Shown piece by piece: positions 52,901 to 64,000 of a DNA stretch of 64,000 bases. A program made the position numbers and the translations under genes. Every line of letters begins with the position of its first letter. Position 1 is the first letter of the stretch. The DNA lies in the NCBI GenBank assembly GCA_030141605.1, contig JAQGDQ010000252.1, positions 186,001 through 250,000 of the forward strand. The letters are read 5' to 3'. The notes below the pieces were generated by a model. That model ran no database searches, was not told where the DNA came from, and worked only from the letters and a program-made list of their open reading frames with translations. This DNA comes from Tubiluchus corallicola (lineage: Eukaryota; Animalia; Priapulida).

Positions 52901-53989
52901 GTACAATGGCAGCACAGAGCCGTTTCATGCAAAGCAGTTGAAAGCAAAATTGTTGAGTGTTGGGTCCAAATCCTTTAAAATACTGTGAAATTATGTTAGC
53001 TGCTGGAAGAAACACCTTCATCTAATTTGCAGCGAAAATGATGACACATAGAGCACTTACCGTAAATTTTAGCAACAGTGACAAACAAAGTTTTTCCTCT
53101 ATTTATTTTTTGATTTGGTATTTTAAAAGTTCTGTATCTTTGGAAAAATCTAGGGGAATGCCTTAAAATTGTTTGTGTTTATACGTAGTGTCTGTAACAT
53201 CAAAGTGGGAATTTTCAATTGATTCGGTTACTTTCTTTTTTGCACCACCTAATATATTTGGCCAAATTAGAACATTTTTGGATGAAATATTACTTTGGAG
53301 GAAGTTTTTTTTTGTGTGTTAGGAGAAATCACAAAAAGAAAGTTTTTAAGACCATCTTAGGAAAAGGTCAGAGCTAGTAGTTTGACACCTGTTTGCAATT
53401 TTGAAAGTGTTAGGAGAACGAGGAATTAATTCTGCTTTGTTAGACACCTAAAGCAATTTACTTAAAACTGTGAGGGGGATCATTTAATGATTGAGTGTGT
53501 GACAGTAAAATTACCAAAAAATATAGTATATTAAAAACAGTTGTCGTTTTAGTATAAATCCAAAGTTCACATGTTGAGGTTTATGCAATGAATCAGCTAT
53601 ATGATAAAATAATATAATAATTATATATGATTATAATATATAATTTATGCTTTCATTTTCACTTCTCAGAATAGATTTTCCGATATCATGAAGATTTTGA
53701 TTTAGCATTATTGCAGAATTGTGACAAGGTTACACTAACATCAAAAATTAAACTTTTTTTAACAAGTTATTGCTGTCAAACGTTTCCGCTTGACTCGTAA
53801 TTTCAGTCTGCTCTATACCATTGTTTAGGTACTTATATGGCTAGGATTGGTAGTTATCATGATTTTCGGTCTAGCTGCTACTTTCTGTATGATCAAAGTT
53901 GCAAAATATTACAAGCGACCGTACGACTTAGAGAATGCACACATGCTGGATTGGAGCATGCCACTACCTCGCAGATATTCAAGCGAAGT
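28616..53989 (+). CDS. Prominin (CD133/PROM-family) five-pass membrane glycoprotein, at least 22 exons, about 875 aa before the unresolved terminal exon(s) at 54.8-55.5 kb
   Basis: Phase-consistent exons 28616-28958, 29736-29782, 31326-31534, 32659-32779, 32989-33052, 34854-34943, 35619-35833, 37263-37337, 38141-38201, 38603-38679, 39024-39115, 40088-40240, 44398-44607, 45844-45934, 46965-47111, 47214-47303, 47555-47638, 48769-48822, 50352-50432, 50677-50745, 52339-52428, 53829-53989. Signal peptide; TM1 followed by CCCRYLGYCEG; RNSCSGTGANMIM between TM3 and TM4; VADPL/VLIWLGL..IKVAKYYKR at TM5; two large N-glycosylation-rich loops. Confidence 0.85.
31326..31534 (+). CDS. Prominin exon 3 (TM1, Cys-rich loop, start of TM2)
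   Basis: LVPLVAGVLICITAPIVALSLCCCRYLGYCEG. Confidence 0.88.
33742..34175. mobile_element. Partial pogo-like MITE with repeated tataaggga/gac subterminal motifs
   Basis: The motif (c)tcggntataaggga(c) repeats several times after TA|tagttaacctcgg; the far TIR was not found. Confidence 0.45.
35619..35833 (+). CDS. Prominin exon 7 (extracellular loop 1)
   Basis: ttttAG| ... CTT|gtaag; two Cys and several NxS/T sites. Confidence 0.8.
36140..36960 (+). mobile_element. Decayed L2-clade LINE 3' end with a (GAT/GGT)n tail
   Basis: Fragments KLKLNDSESKF, IDYCNSLLYNGP, LPIELRMKFKILL, FGDRAF..APCLW and FKSLLKT, then a microsatellite at 36873-36960. Confidence 0.75.
40088..40240 (+). CDS. Prominin exon 12 (TM3 and cytoplasmic loop)
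   Basis: GYAILAFVLIPVFITVVGVGGVAFGCIG..RNSCSGTGANMIM. Confidence 0.88.
40458..40597. repeat. Compound trinucleotide microsatellite (AAC/AGC/ATC)
   Basis: Read directly. Confidence 0.9.
40942..41590. mobile_element. Tc1/mariner-type MITE, family B copy 2 (partial)
   Basis: aaagtttagactac..aagtttata..cagagccgtttgatgcagaggaa shared with the other copies. Confidence 0.65.
42000..42942 (-). pseudogene. Intronless class A (rhodopsin-like) GPCR pseudogene nested antisense in prominin intron 12
   Basis: TM1 VPGNILVLLAIYQSQQLRTKTN*, TM2 ASLVVIDV, TM3 ASISHIVAIASEWYTTIIQPLKY, TM6 ATVKLAVAATVFFFGWWLPFYV, TM7 LNNFIYTVCNSQFRKAF*; multiple stops and frameshifts. Confidence 0.85.
43864..44257. mobile_element. 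hAT-type MITE, family A copy 2
   Basis: TIR cagtggcgactcatg / catgagcagccactg; perfect 8-bp TSD ttctgtgc. Confidence 0.9.
44398..44607 (+). CDS. Prominin exon 13 (TM4)
   Basis: CYMVGFYCLLFITFFMLSVIILLVCHD..DNP. Confidence 0.85.
45378..45702. mobile_element. Palindromic element made of two divergently oriented tRNA-like arms
   Basis: Minus arm ..tgacatttgctttacaagtgaagggttcttGGTTCAAATCCaggctatatccaaactttt; plus arm ..tgacattcatcttgtaggcgagacgtccttGATTCAAATCCaggtcgtgtcacaactttt. Confidence 0.6.
46965..47111 (+). CDS. Prominin exon 15 (extracellular loop 2)
   Basis: tttAG| ... CAG|gtgag, open in phase 0. Confidence 0.75.
49022..49888. mobile_element. pogo/Tigger-like non-autonomous element
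   Basis: TA|cagtaggtgccgc ... gtggcgcctactg|TA with repeated gactc/gagtc subterminal motifs. Confidence 0.75.
52339..52428 (+). CDS. Prominin exon 21 (LKHDIGRSGLFYDIIIAAVQILSLSVADPL)
   Basis: Matches the pre-TM5 DPL exon of prominins. Confidence 0.85.
52515..53252. mobile_element. Tc1/mariner-type MITE, family B copy 3
   Basis: TA|tcaggtggcacagaaaa ... ttttttgcaccacctaa|TA. Confidence 0.75.
53829..53989 (+). CDS. Prominin exon 22 (TM5, KVAKYYKR)
   Basis: VLIWLGLVVIMIFGLAATFCMIKVAKYYKRP; the frame differs from the ORF-track ORF at 53837. Confidence 0.88.
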
Positions 53990-56759
53990 GTGAGTATCTT
54001 TGAATTTTTGCTTCATCCTCATATCTTCTTTCGGAGTTGTTTTCACTCTATAATTGCATTAAATTTTGTACGACATTTAATTTTGTACATTCCTTACCAA
54101 TTTGCAAAGAGGAGTGTAAGTATAACAATGCAGCTGCTGTTGCATTCTAAAATCCACTTTGCACAATGGCACTATATATGTGAATCTTTTGTACTTAAAT
54201 TAAATCTTTACTAAACTAAATACACTAAACTTTTTTCGTAATTTACTTTGAAAACCATTTAAGAACTCTGAGTGTTCAGATTTTTTTGTAATGTCTGTTG
54301 CTGTTTAAACAGTATACAGCTTCATTTTGTGGTTCCTACTAGCTCTAGAATTCAGATAAAATACATTTTGTCTTACTTTTAAGAAAAGCTTTTTTAAATT
54401 TATATGGGCAACAGAGTGGCTATATTATATATCGTATAGTTATACCGCTCTATACAGCCTACTTTGGGACTGCAAAAAAGTTGGTATTAAGAGAGTTTGG
54501 CATTACGTAAAACTAGGTTTGACTGTATTTGGTATACATACATTTTAGTTACTTCTGTGAAACCAAATTCAGTGTTTGAATGTTTTTTTCATGTTGCAAT
54601 GTCACTATATTGATTTGTAGTAATTAAAATGTAGAGCTCTAGCGCTTCGAAATAAAAAAAAAACTAAAAAGGCATTATAGTCTATGCAGATACTTATTGT
54701 TCTGGCACTTGGAGTTTTTTATTTTCATCTCACATTCCTAGTTTACTTTCTCTAAACTCAACAAAAATGTGTCACATTTGCAAATTATCATCGCGTAACA
54801 TTTTAATATATTTGTCTTAACTAGCTGGGATACATCCAAATAATGGAAAACACGATCAGGTACTAGTGGGGTTGTACCCGAATTTAAAGGACCGGAAATG
54901 TTTCCTTTTCAGGGTTGTCATGCCCTGTGACTCCAGAGAATTCGATCCTTCCCTGTGGATCAGTAAGGAAACTGTAAAGCGTCATAATCAACTTTAATGC
55001 CTACAGATGAATTCTTTTAGTTTTAGTCTTTATCCAAATTGCCCACTGCTCAGGTGTGTACTGTAAATGCAATTCAGTGATATTTTTGCAGTTCCGATTT
55101 TGTACGATCATTCTTTCATAAAAACTGAAGGAAAATAGAAGAATCTGTCTTCAGTCAAAATTTGTTCATTTTCTTCCATAGGTATCGCCGGAAACAGTAT
55201 CATGAGAACCCGTTACTGTACAGGCCTTACAGGCCGGTGTCACCTGTGCGTGGTACGGTTTCTTCGGAACAGTTTCCACAGTTTGTGGGCTTTTGAAGTA
55301 GGTGAATCTTAACTTCTGCTAATATTATGTCATTTAACAATTTTTGCCTTTAATGAATGGCTTATTTCATTGCAGTTATTTACTAATAAAATATGACAAT
55401 TGTATGTATCGCTTTAACTTTAATAATTTGCACATCTGTCATTGTAGAAATTCTTATACACTTTAGATATGACCTTGAACGGGAATTGAACAACGGCTTT
55501 TATTGCATGAAGTATGTGTTACGTTGCTGTAACTTTCTCATACACTAACATTGTTTTGCAGTACTGCATCCTATCTTCATTTAAAACTTGCTCACTATGT
55601 TTCTGTTGTTCACATATTTTCGTGGGTTTGATGGTTGGTGGTGGCAGTAGTGTCAGTTGACTGCTGGTGCTAATTATTCAGAATTAGGCAGAATTTTTTA
55701 AAATGCATGAGTGTGTTACTTTTAACTATATTTTTATATGTTTTTGTTTTATGCAGGCAGGAAATGTCGGCATCTCTTTTCACATTCCAAATGGCCAGCT
55801 TGTCTTCTTTTAAACAGTTTCTGAAGAATGAAACTTGCTGACTGACATGTGCACGACATATTTTGGTTTTTCTGTACTCAATCTTTCTTACCATTGTTTT
55901 TAAGTTTATTAGCTATACTTATTATTAAAAACTGTGATAAAATATTGTTGTTAGTCTGTTTGTTAGCTTATTAAATTCTTGTCATTGATGAAAATGGTCT
56001 TTAGAAACTATTTTATTTTTTTCTTTAAAGTCTGATTTTAACTTATAGTCATTTTTTCTCTTGTTTAGGTATTAATAAGGATACACTCAGTTTGCTAGAT
56101 CATTCAACTTCGTTGAATTTTAATTGATACTTGTTTTCTGGGAAAAAGTTATTATAGGGGTTCTATGAGTGTACTCGTTTAACATGACAGTATTACTTCT
56201 TTAGCAGAATGTGCAATCGACTTTTTGTGTTATGTGATGTTAATGTAAAAAATTGTACCTTGGTTATTGACATATGATTTCAGAATCCGATAGGATGCTT
56301 GGACAAGCATAAACTAGGTTGCACATGTGTAATTGTTGATCTAGTAAAATTACTGCTTAAGTGACTGAGCAACAAAAATTTGTACCTGCTTTATTAATTT
56401 TTTATTCCTTTAAACAAAAATGATGAAATTAGGTGTGCACTTAATTTATGTTAATATACATACGGATCGTCTTACAGTTCAATGATTAGCCATAAGCTAA
56501 TGGCTAAAATTTAGTCACACACAGTAAGCATAACGTACAATATAAAAAATAGCAATGGGGCCTACACAAAGTACGAATTCATGATAGTCAGTGAAAGTAT
56601 ATCAAAGGCTGTTTACAACACAAGAAACTCGAGAAATTACTCTGTCAAATCTACAGTTACAAAAATAATATATTTTAATAGTACCATAAAGTACCAAAAT
56701 TTTTTTGCATGATTATAATGATGATAATAACAGCAAGAACAAAAAGAAACGAAAAGAAA

Positions 56760-57200
56760 GAGTTGCCTGAACTATATACTAACTACTTTACCTTAATCAA
56801 AGATGTTCACTCTCACTGTACTAGGTCTTCCAGTATGGGACACTATTTTCAAACACTATTTAACACAGCGTATGGCTTAAATACCTTACAGCACAATGGA
56901 GTTATTTTGTGGAATAATGTGCCCAAGACAATCATTTCCTCTCCTTTAAAAATAGCTACCAAGCAATATAAGATATTTTTAATTAGTAAATATTCAATGG
57001 CGTAAAAGACTAGAGGTTTTTTCTCTTTTTTGTGCACGTGTGTCTTTTTGCACTAATGTTTTTCTTTTACTAATTGGTATCTTTACGACTTTTGTTACTT
57101 TATTAATCAAAGGTGTAAATCAATTAAAATGAAATTATACATTAATCGCAGCCTATGTCTATCTGTTTCAACTTGGAAAATAAACCCTTGAATGCTCTTA
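56760..57200 (+). mobile_element. LINE (L2/Crack/Daphne-like) ORF2 C-terminal relic
   Basis: LPELYTNYFTLIKDVHSHCTRS..GLNTLQHNGVILWNNVP..KQYKIFL. Confidence 0.65.
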
Positions 57201-58371
57201 GCTTATAACCAGCAAATACCAGTGATACAAAAAATTTTGAATGTATTATTGCAGCATGAATTTTTCTAATGAATCACTTATATTCTTATAATGTACCACC
57301 CCCTCCCTCCCCATAGCCCATCTTTAATGGTTATGATGGCTACATTACTACCATCAATTATATTTAAATGTTCTATACAATTATTGTTATTACAACAAGT
57401 ATAATGTATAATTTAATCTCTTCTCCCCCACTTAAATTTGGGTACATATATGTGTATATGTATATCATTGTATATACAAGTAAGTGGTGTATTGACAGAT
57501 AATCACATAATTCATATTCGTAACTATTAAAAAAATTTTTCACTCTTTAAGGCTCACTCAAAGTCGTAATTACATATTATGTTTTCCTTTCTCAACTTTC
57601 AGGTTTATTGCTCTTATACTATTGCTGTTATTACATCATTTACTTCAGCCTTATTTACAAGTTATCTACAGAAGCATGCATAACTATAATCATTTTTTCA
57701 TTTAAGTAAGGTGAGTGTGTTAATGACCGTATGGTCGTACACTCACCTCGCACTACTCAAATTATTTTATTTACAGTTTATTAATGTGTTTGATATTGTA
57801 TTTTTTGATGTGTGAAATAAAATTCATAGTTCAATAGTTCATAGAATGAGACTGTGATTCAGTTTTAGTATTTTTCGGAGGAAACCTACTTTCCGATTTA
57901 AGAAGCTAAAGGACCATTTTAATTGGTTTTGAATTATATTTCAGGGATACAAATTCATAGCAACAGTTGCAGCAATATCAAACAATACTCTTGATTATTA
58001 TTGGGAACAATAGTAGTTATAAATGTTTTGCTACTTGGGGTTATTGATGATTTTACAATCCACCACTTATTCAGTTATTCAGTAGTTACTTCCGGCTGCT
58101 GCAAGCTGGCATTTCAGAGAAAGTTTTCTGCCTTGTAGCACCCACTGAAATGTGGTCTGGGCGCTTGCGTTTCCCACCTAGTCGATTTTCTACCAAAGGT
58201 GCAATAGAATCACAGATTCCATTTACAGTCCGTAACTAAGGACGCAATACGCGTTGAGTTTAGTCTCGGTTTACTACTCATTTGTTGCAACTGAACTTTT
58301 AGTTTGGCATTAACAATTTTGTAGCGTTGCAAATACATTTTGTTACTGCAGCGTTGCTTTTGTCGAGACAA

Positions 58372-61300
58372 ATGAATCACGAAAGTAGTCAACAGCATTC
58401 AAACAGGGCGTCTCTTGATTTATTAGCCAATGTAAAGCTTATGTGAACTTAACTTAAACGAGGTTACGATATATAATTAGTTGTTGTCGCTACTTGCAAG
58501 AGTTGTATCTTTCTCTTTGTCATTCTAAAGAAAGATTTACTAAAAGATCTCGATTTGGTTGAAAATTTTCAGCTGTACTTCACTGGCAGGCTATTTCGTA
58601 TTTGCTAGTTGTAATCTTGGCAACTGCGATTTGACGATGTGTTATTCAATATTACATAGAGACAGTGCTATAGACAAAGATGCATTTTTTAGCAAAGCAC
58701 CTTTGTTCTAATGTAACCAGGGTCACCGCTTACAACTTATTCAGTGCCGACTTAATTGTTTCAAAAACTTTTTACTCTAACAGAATAATTAAAATGTGGA
58801 ATGAATTTTCAGAGCCTTTCAACCCTTAGTCTGTGCTCATAGAAGCTAACTTTTTAAAAACTGTTTTAAAAGGTCTAAATCTTAAAAATCACTTATCTTC
58901 TAATAGGCACTTGTAAGTAGCATTGGCTCTTTATGCTTTTATTCACAGTCTTTAAACTAGCCCTTTATCTGTAAAATTTTATTCTGTGCTGTGTATGGGT
59001 CATTCTCTACAGAACGTGCAAAACAGATGTGAAAAAATCTGCTAAATGACTGGAAAGATGTTCTTAAAATTACTCTGCCGTGTTATTAATAAGGTTCCCT
59101 TGTATACAAAAAAGATACTGACAGAGCTTAAAACACTTGTAAAAATTTACTATGACCATTTTAAAGCTATCTGAATAACAGTATCGCACCAGAAACTTTG
59201 TTATTAAAAAAAATTATCCGGGGACAAAAATTGTACGTTCTGTGGAGAATGACCCATATATGTTTCATCCTACTTTCACATTTTATACTTTTTTGTAAAT
59301 ACTTTTAATTTTAAAAATTTTTGTTTCAAATAAAGATAACATATTAAATGAATCCTAAATTCTTAAACACCATCTGACTTTTGGCTGTCACTTGCTAATT
59401 TTAGATGCATTAATATTGATTATTAGTTATAGAAATGCTGTAGACTGTAGAGCTAATATTCATCATTCTTTTTCTAAGTTGGGTTATAAAAAATGAACAT
59501 TTATAACTATACATTATCATAAGTTTCAGTAACTTATGTGTGATGAAAATCAGCTAAGTGACATTAGTTATTAATGTTAGTTGTTACAGTTGCAGAAAAG
59601 GGGTGATAGCTGGATCACTTTTTACAGCAATTGTTTCACAAACGTTCATTGTCATTTATAGGTTACAGCTATGCTATTGTACCATTGCTTTTTTGCACAT
59701 TTTTTGCAATAGCAAAACATTGTAGCTTATAATAAAATATTGATTCTTTTTTATTTTAGTTTTCTGTGTTTCTAATTTTGCTTTGTATTTTTTTATTTCT
59801 TGTCAGTTTTTGACAGCTGTTATGGACAAGGATTATCCTAAATCTCTGAAATTGTGTGAGGATAGTAAGTTATAGTTTATTTTAGTATAATTTTACTGTT
59901 GTTAATTGTACTTAATTAGCTGCTATAACTAACACGACAGCAATTATGTAATTGTCGCCACGCCATCCTCTTTGCCGCCATCATATTGTCATTATTGTAC
60001 CGCTATTAATGTTGTCATATCTTTATCATCATCATCGCCATTGTCATAACTATCATCATCATCATCATCGTCATTATCATCATCATCTTCATTATCAAGA
60101 CCATGTGTGAAAAATAATTTGGCAGTTGCTAGCTGGTACGTTACCTTAAACCTATGTTGCAGCAATTTATGCTCAGTGAACTTTATAGTTAATTTCACTT
60201 CCTTATACTGAAAATGTAACCTCGGGTAGCGGATGACTAACCCTTGTCTTTGTTTGGGGCAAATCAACAAAAATCACGAAATACAGTCTCAATTGTTATT
60301 GTAATCATCATCATAGTCGCCATTATTATGATCATATTTGCAACAGTGCAGTTATCGACATCATTATAGCATTATTGCCAAATTGCAGCAAAATTGTTTA
60401 AACTGGAATAACAGCTTCTTTCTTTCATTCGTAGTTTTTATTTTACACTTACTAATTGCTGTTACCCACGAGTTTTTTAAATTGCTTTGTTTTTTGTTAG
60501 TGCATGAATTCTTCATTAGTGCTTACTGATGTGCATTTATTAATGTGGTTGTTCATGTGTATTTCATACTTGCAAATTGCCAGTCATTTGCAAATGTTTA
60601 ATGCAAGTTTTTTATTTTCAGTTTTACGAGTAGAACCAAATAACAAGCAAGCTCAGCAGTTTTACCCAGTGATAAAAGAAAAAATTGCTTTAGGTATGCA
60701 TAATACACAGCTTCCCTAATTTTTAGTGTAAAAATTAAGTAATGCCGATTTTGTTGAAGATTTAATCAGGTGGCAGCAGGCTCATTTTACTAATGAGTGA
60801 TCTTTGTAATTTCAGGTAAATGCATATTGTTTCAAGGAGGAGAGTTTGGCTTACTTAGTTATGGTTTATTGACCCTATTAGTACCATATGTTCATGTTAT
60901 TGATGTAGTTATCCAGTATTAATTATTACTATTAAGTAGTGTTCATGTTCATATCTCAAGTGCTTGTTCTTGTTAGCATTTGTCTGGTAAATTGTATGTA
61001 CTTGGATATAGAAGACTTTTAAGCTGAGATTGTCACCAGCTAATAAATATGCGTGCTGACAGCAATCGGTATGTGAGATAGGGCATTTAATCGCAGTTGA
61101 CGGTCTGTGTGTCTGTCCGCACAATAAACTCAAATAATCACAAAATTAGCAAGTCTATGGTCATTCCACTTAACAGAGGTTTAGGCCTGCTGCTCCTAAT
61201 AAGGCTTGGAAACCCACTGTTTCTTGTGTCAATGGGCAGTCAAAGGACAAGATCACAGTTTTTAGTTTTGTGAATTAACGGCCTACACAACCCCAAGAAA

Positions 61301-63159
61301 CTTTTTTTAACATATTGTTAAGATTACACAAACACAGAAATATATAGTTATTCTTCAGTAAAGGGAGCTTAGGCCCTATAAATTAACAGACTTACGATTT
61401 TATTTCATATTTTGTATGTACACATTGCCTTGAAGGCTGCCACTGTTTTGTGGCTTTAGCACGAGCATGACGTAATGTGTAGACAAAGCCTCTTTGGTTA
61501 TGCAAAATTCTAATGGCTATTACTGTAAAATAAATCATTATACTTTGGCAAAGTGAGATTGGTAACTGCTTTTACACTTGGGTCTGGTAGTGCGGAACTA
61601 CATTGGAACAGCTATAAGATGGTAAATAGTATTCAAAAGTTGATAAGATATAATTAAAGCATCTAAAATTGTGCAAAAGTTTGATGTATCCAGCTCTCAC
61701 AAGTCTTACCGTAATCCTAAATTTGTAAAATTATTAATTCACCCATATCTCATGCATCCCGCCTACGATGCTATTTTCATTCCGTTGCTGCTATCATGCA
61801 TCTCAAAACGTGCGGGATTCAAATCTGTGGTTCAATTGTACTAAATGATGATTTCTACAGCACATACAGTAATGAGGTGTTTCATAAGCTTAAAGTTTCA
61901 TAAGTGTATTATATATTTGATTATAATAATTATCAATTTATCACCAAACAACTGCTATGTACTAGAAGCATCCAACTCACCTTGCATAATGGGTGCAACA
62001 ACGCTGGGTATATTGTGTCACTCCTTCGATTAATATTAGGTGTTCACAAACGTGGATGAATTTTGAGTATTCTGCAGTGTTTTGCGAAAATGAGCCAGTG
62101 GAGCTTGATTTCACCATCATTGAAAAGTCCGGTAGTAAAAGTTGCATTAGGAATTTCTTAATGTTAGGACATGGGTCTGCATTTCTAATTAGTACCCTAT
62201 ATGAAATATATTATTGGTTATTTTTAAAACTATATGCATACCACTACATTGTCAAAATATGCCTTCATTGTTGTTATTTATGTTGACTTTTGACTCTCTA
62301 GATAATAAAAATGATACAGAAGACAACAGCGAAACAGAAGAATCGACAACTTCTGAAGAATCAAGTACCAGGTAAGCAGCTTAAATTATTCATTATTAGA
62401 TAAATACATGTGCATGGCATAATTCTCACATGTTATACTTCCAAAACTAGTAATCTTTGGGAAATGTAAGCAGCTTAAGGAATTTTAAAAGTATGATATT
62501 TGTGTATAAATACGAGGTGTTTCTTAAGTCCCTCATATTTAGAAGTTTGCTAAAATAGGAATTACAAGAGTAACCACATGGCAGTTTGGCTCCTGAGTTT
62601 ACAATTCAGAAAAATTTTGGTGGCATCAAGTTGAACTTTGTAAGTCTAGCGTCATTTGTACACCTGCAAGTGAGCCCCACCTTTTTTGTAAAACATTGAG
62701 CCACCTTTTTTCATATTCTTGGCTAACTGAGATTGGACAATATTTTGGGAATAACAGAAGCACCTGCATTCCTCGGCTGTTATTGTAGTGTGGAGAGTTC
62801 TCACAGCTTTGTGGCATACATTCTGCATGCCAACCCATGTGATTTTACTCTTCTGTTCTAGATCAGTGTGATTGCAGAAAAAAACAGCACAAAACTTCAT
62901 ATGTAGATTTCAAAAAAATGCTCGCCTTTATACTTAGTAAGAGAGCTTACCATAAGATGAAAGTTTCAGTTGATTAGTACCAAAGGAAATTGAAAATCAA
63001 ATTAGTAAACGAAATTTGAAAATTTTTTAAGAACATGTGGTTAAGGTGATGGAGTTTTTAATGTTCTCTTTCTAGCTGTGTAATTTCTCAGTTTGGGCTT
63101 TAATGATTTGCAGCAGTGACTCAGGTGATGAAAACAAAGAAAGTGAACGGACACCATAG
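58372..63159 (+). CDS. ERICH2: ERICH2-like (glutamate-rich protein 2), 5 coding exons, about 101 aa
   Basis: Exons 58372-58431, 59807-59864, 60622-60693, 62302-62371, 63114-63159 total 306 nt in frame: MNHESSQQHSNRASLDLLAN/FLTAVMDKDYPKSLKLCEDI/LRVEPNNKQAQQFYPVIKEKIAL/DNKNDTEDNSETEESTTSEESSTS/SDSGDENKESERTP*. Resembles the ERICH2 core APLEL.AEFL.A.M..EY.LAKKLCQMIL.YEPEN.EAKEF plus an acidic tail. An acceptor at 58351 allows a further upstream exon. Confidence 0.8.
58640..58900 (+). mobile_element. CR1-like LINE 3' relic
   Basis: cagggtcaccgcttacaac..tactctaacagaataattaaaatgtggaat resembles the RGH..FFSNR....WN motif. Confidence 0.45.
58997..59255. mobile_element. Unclassified MITE with GGGTCATTC TIRs
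   Basis: gggtcattctctacagaacgtgcaa / ttgtacgttctgtggagaatgaccc, about 25-bp TIR with AT-rich flanks. Confidence 0.8.
60020..60097. repeat. (ATC)n microsatellite
   Basis: Read directly. Confidence 0.85.
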
Positions 63160-64000
63160 GAGTAACTGAGAAATACCAAAAGTTTGTAATTTATACTGAA
63201 GTGTAGGTAAGCCAACTTGTTGTTTTTTGAAATAGAGAAAATTGAAATATACTGTACAATTGAAATTATACAAGTTTAGTTATTTAATTTATTTTAAAAT
63301 TCTGTACAAACAAAATAAATCAAAATATGCATACATCTTGCATGAGAAGTCTACACAGCATATTACAGCTAAATATACTTGCTATGCTACATTTACAATT
63401 TACATTATGTAAGAAACGTGACTGCTTTTTAAGAAAACATAAGACTAGGTACATAATGCAATTGTTCCAAACGAAATCTAATTCAAGGAGCTAAAATGCA
63501 ATAAAAATCAGTATTTGTCTTAAATTTAAGAGAGTGTACGCACATAAAATTATAATATCTTGAAGCTGAAATAGCATCAGGTCACTGGTACATGTAAAGA
63601 CCACATGCAGTTATTCATTTCTGGTGCAAAAAATGACCATTGCCATTAAGTGGAAAAAACCGGTCATCTTGTACTGAAAATGTTATTATAGGTGTTCTTG
63701 TTTTATCATAAAATTAGCTAATCTTAAAATACCAAATAGATTTTCTTATTTAATATGTTAATAACATAGCAACAAAGGAAGAAAATTTGAAATTTGTTCT
63801 GAAGTCTTTAGCACAAAATTTTATACAGTGGTTGTGCTAGTTTCTTTGTAATTTCTAACTAAACGTAATTAAATTACTATGTACTTGGGAAATATTTTCT
63901 GCCTAAGTAACTTTGGTTTCAAATTGTACAATAAACAAGTTTTTATACATAGACAAATTGGTGTAGCTATCATTCACACAGTTAAATTAGTAATGTTATT

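Noticed and set aside
53837-54214. 125-aa ORF in the track
   Set aside because: It is the wrong frame over prominin exon 22, continuing into intron.
59992-60270. Asp-rich ORF (similar cases at 24052 and 40377)
   Set aside because: Translation of trinucleotide microsatellites.
62512-63045. Mariner-like start TACGAGG with short ORFs
   Set aside because: No matching far TIR or convincing transposase motif.

Overview
AT-rich genomic DNA from an intron-rich animal (no prokaryotic features, no CRISPR, no rRNA). I reconstructed four spliced genes by hand from GT/AG boundaries, reading-frame phase and remembered family motifs; no database search was run. (1) The last 11 exons of an axonemal outer-arm dynein heavy chain (DNAH5/8-like, + strand, 4346-18453), including one GC-AG intron. 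(2) A two-exon Tctex-type dynein light chain gene (- strand, 3693-1863, about 352 aa with a long charged N-terminus) nested antisense in an intron of that heavy-chain gene. (3) A divergent prominin (CD133-family) gene of at least 22 exons (+, 28616 to about 55.5 kb), with an intronless class A GPCR pseudogene antisense in intron 12. (4) A short ERICH2-like gene (+, 58372-63159). Between and inside them lie a decayed Ty3/Gypsy element with PPT and LTR, LTR fragments, hAT, pogo and Tc1-type MITEs, Helitron- and Helentron-like elements, LINE relics, a 35-bp minisatellite, microsatellites and a head-to-head tRNA-like palindrome. The most notable observation is the dynein light chain nested in a dynein heavy chain, within an apparently cilia-themed gene neighbourhood.
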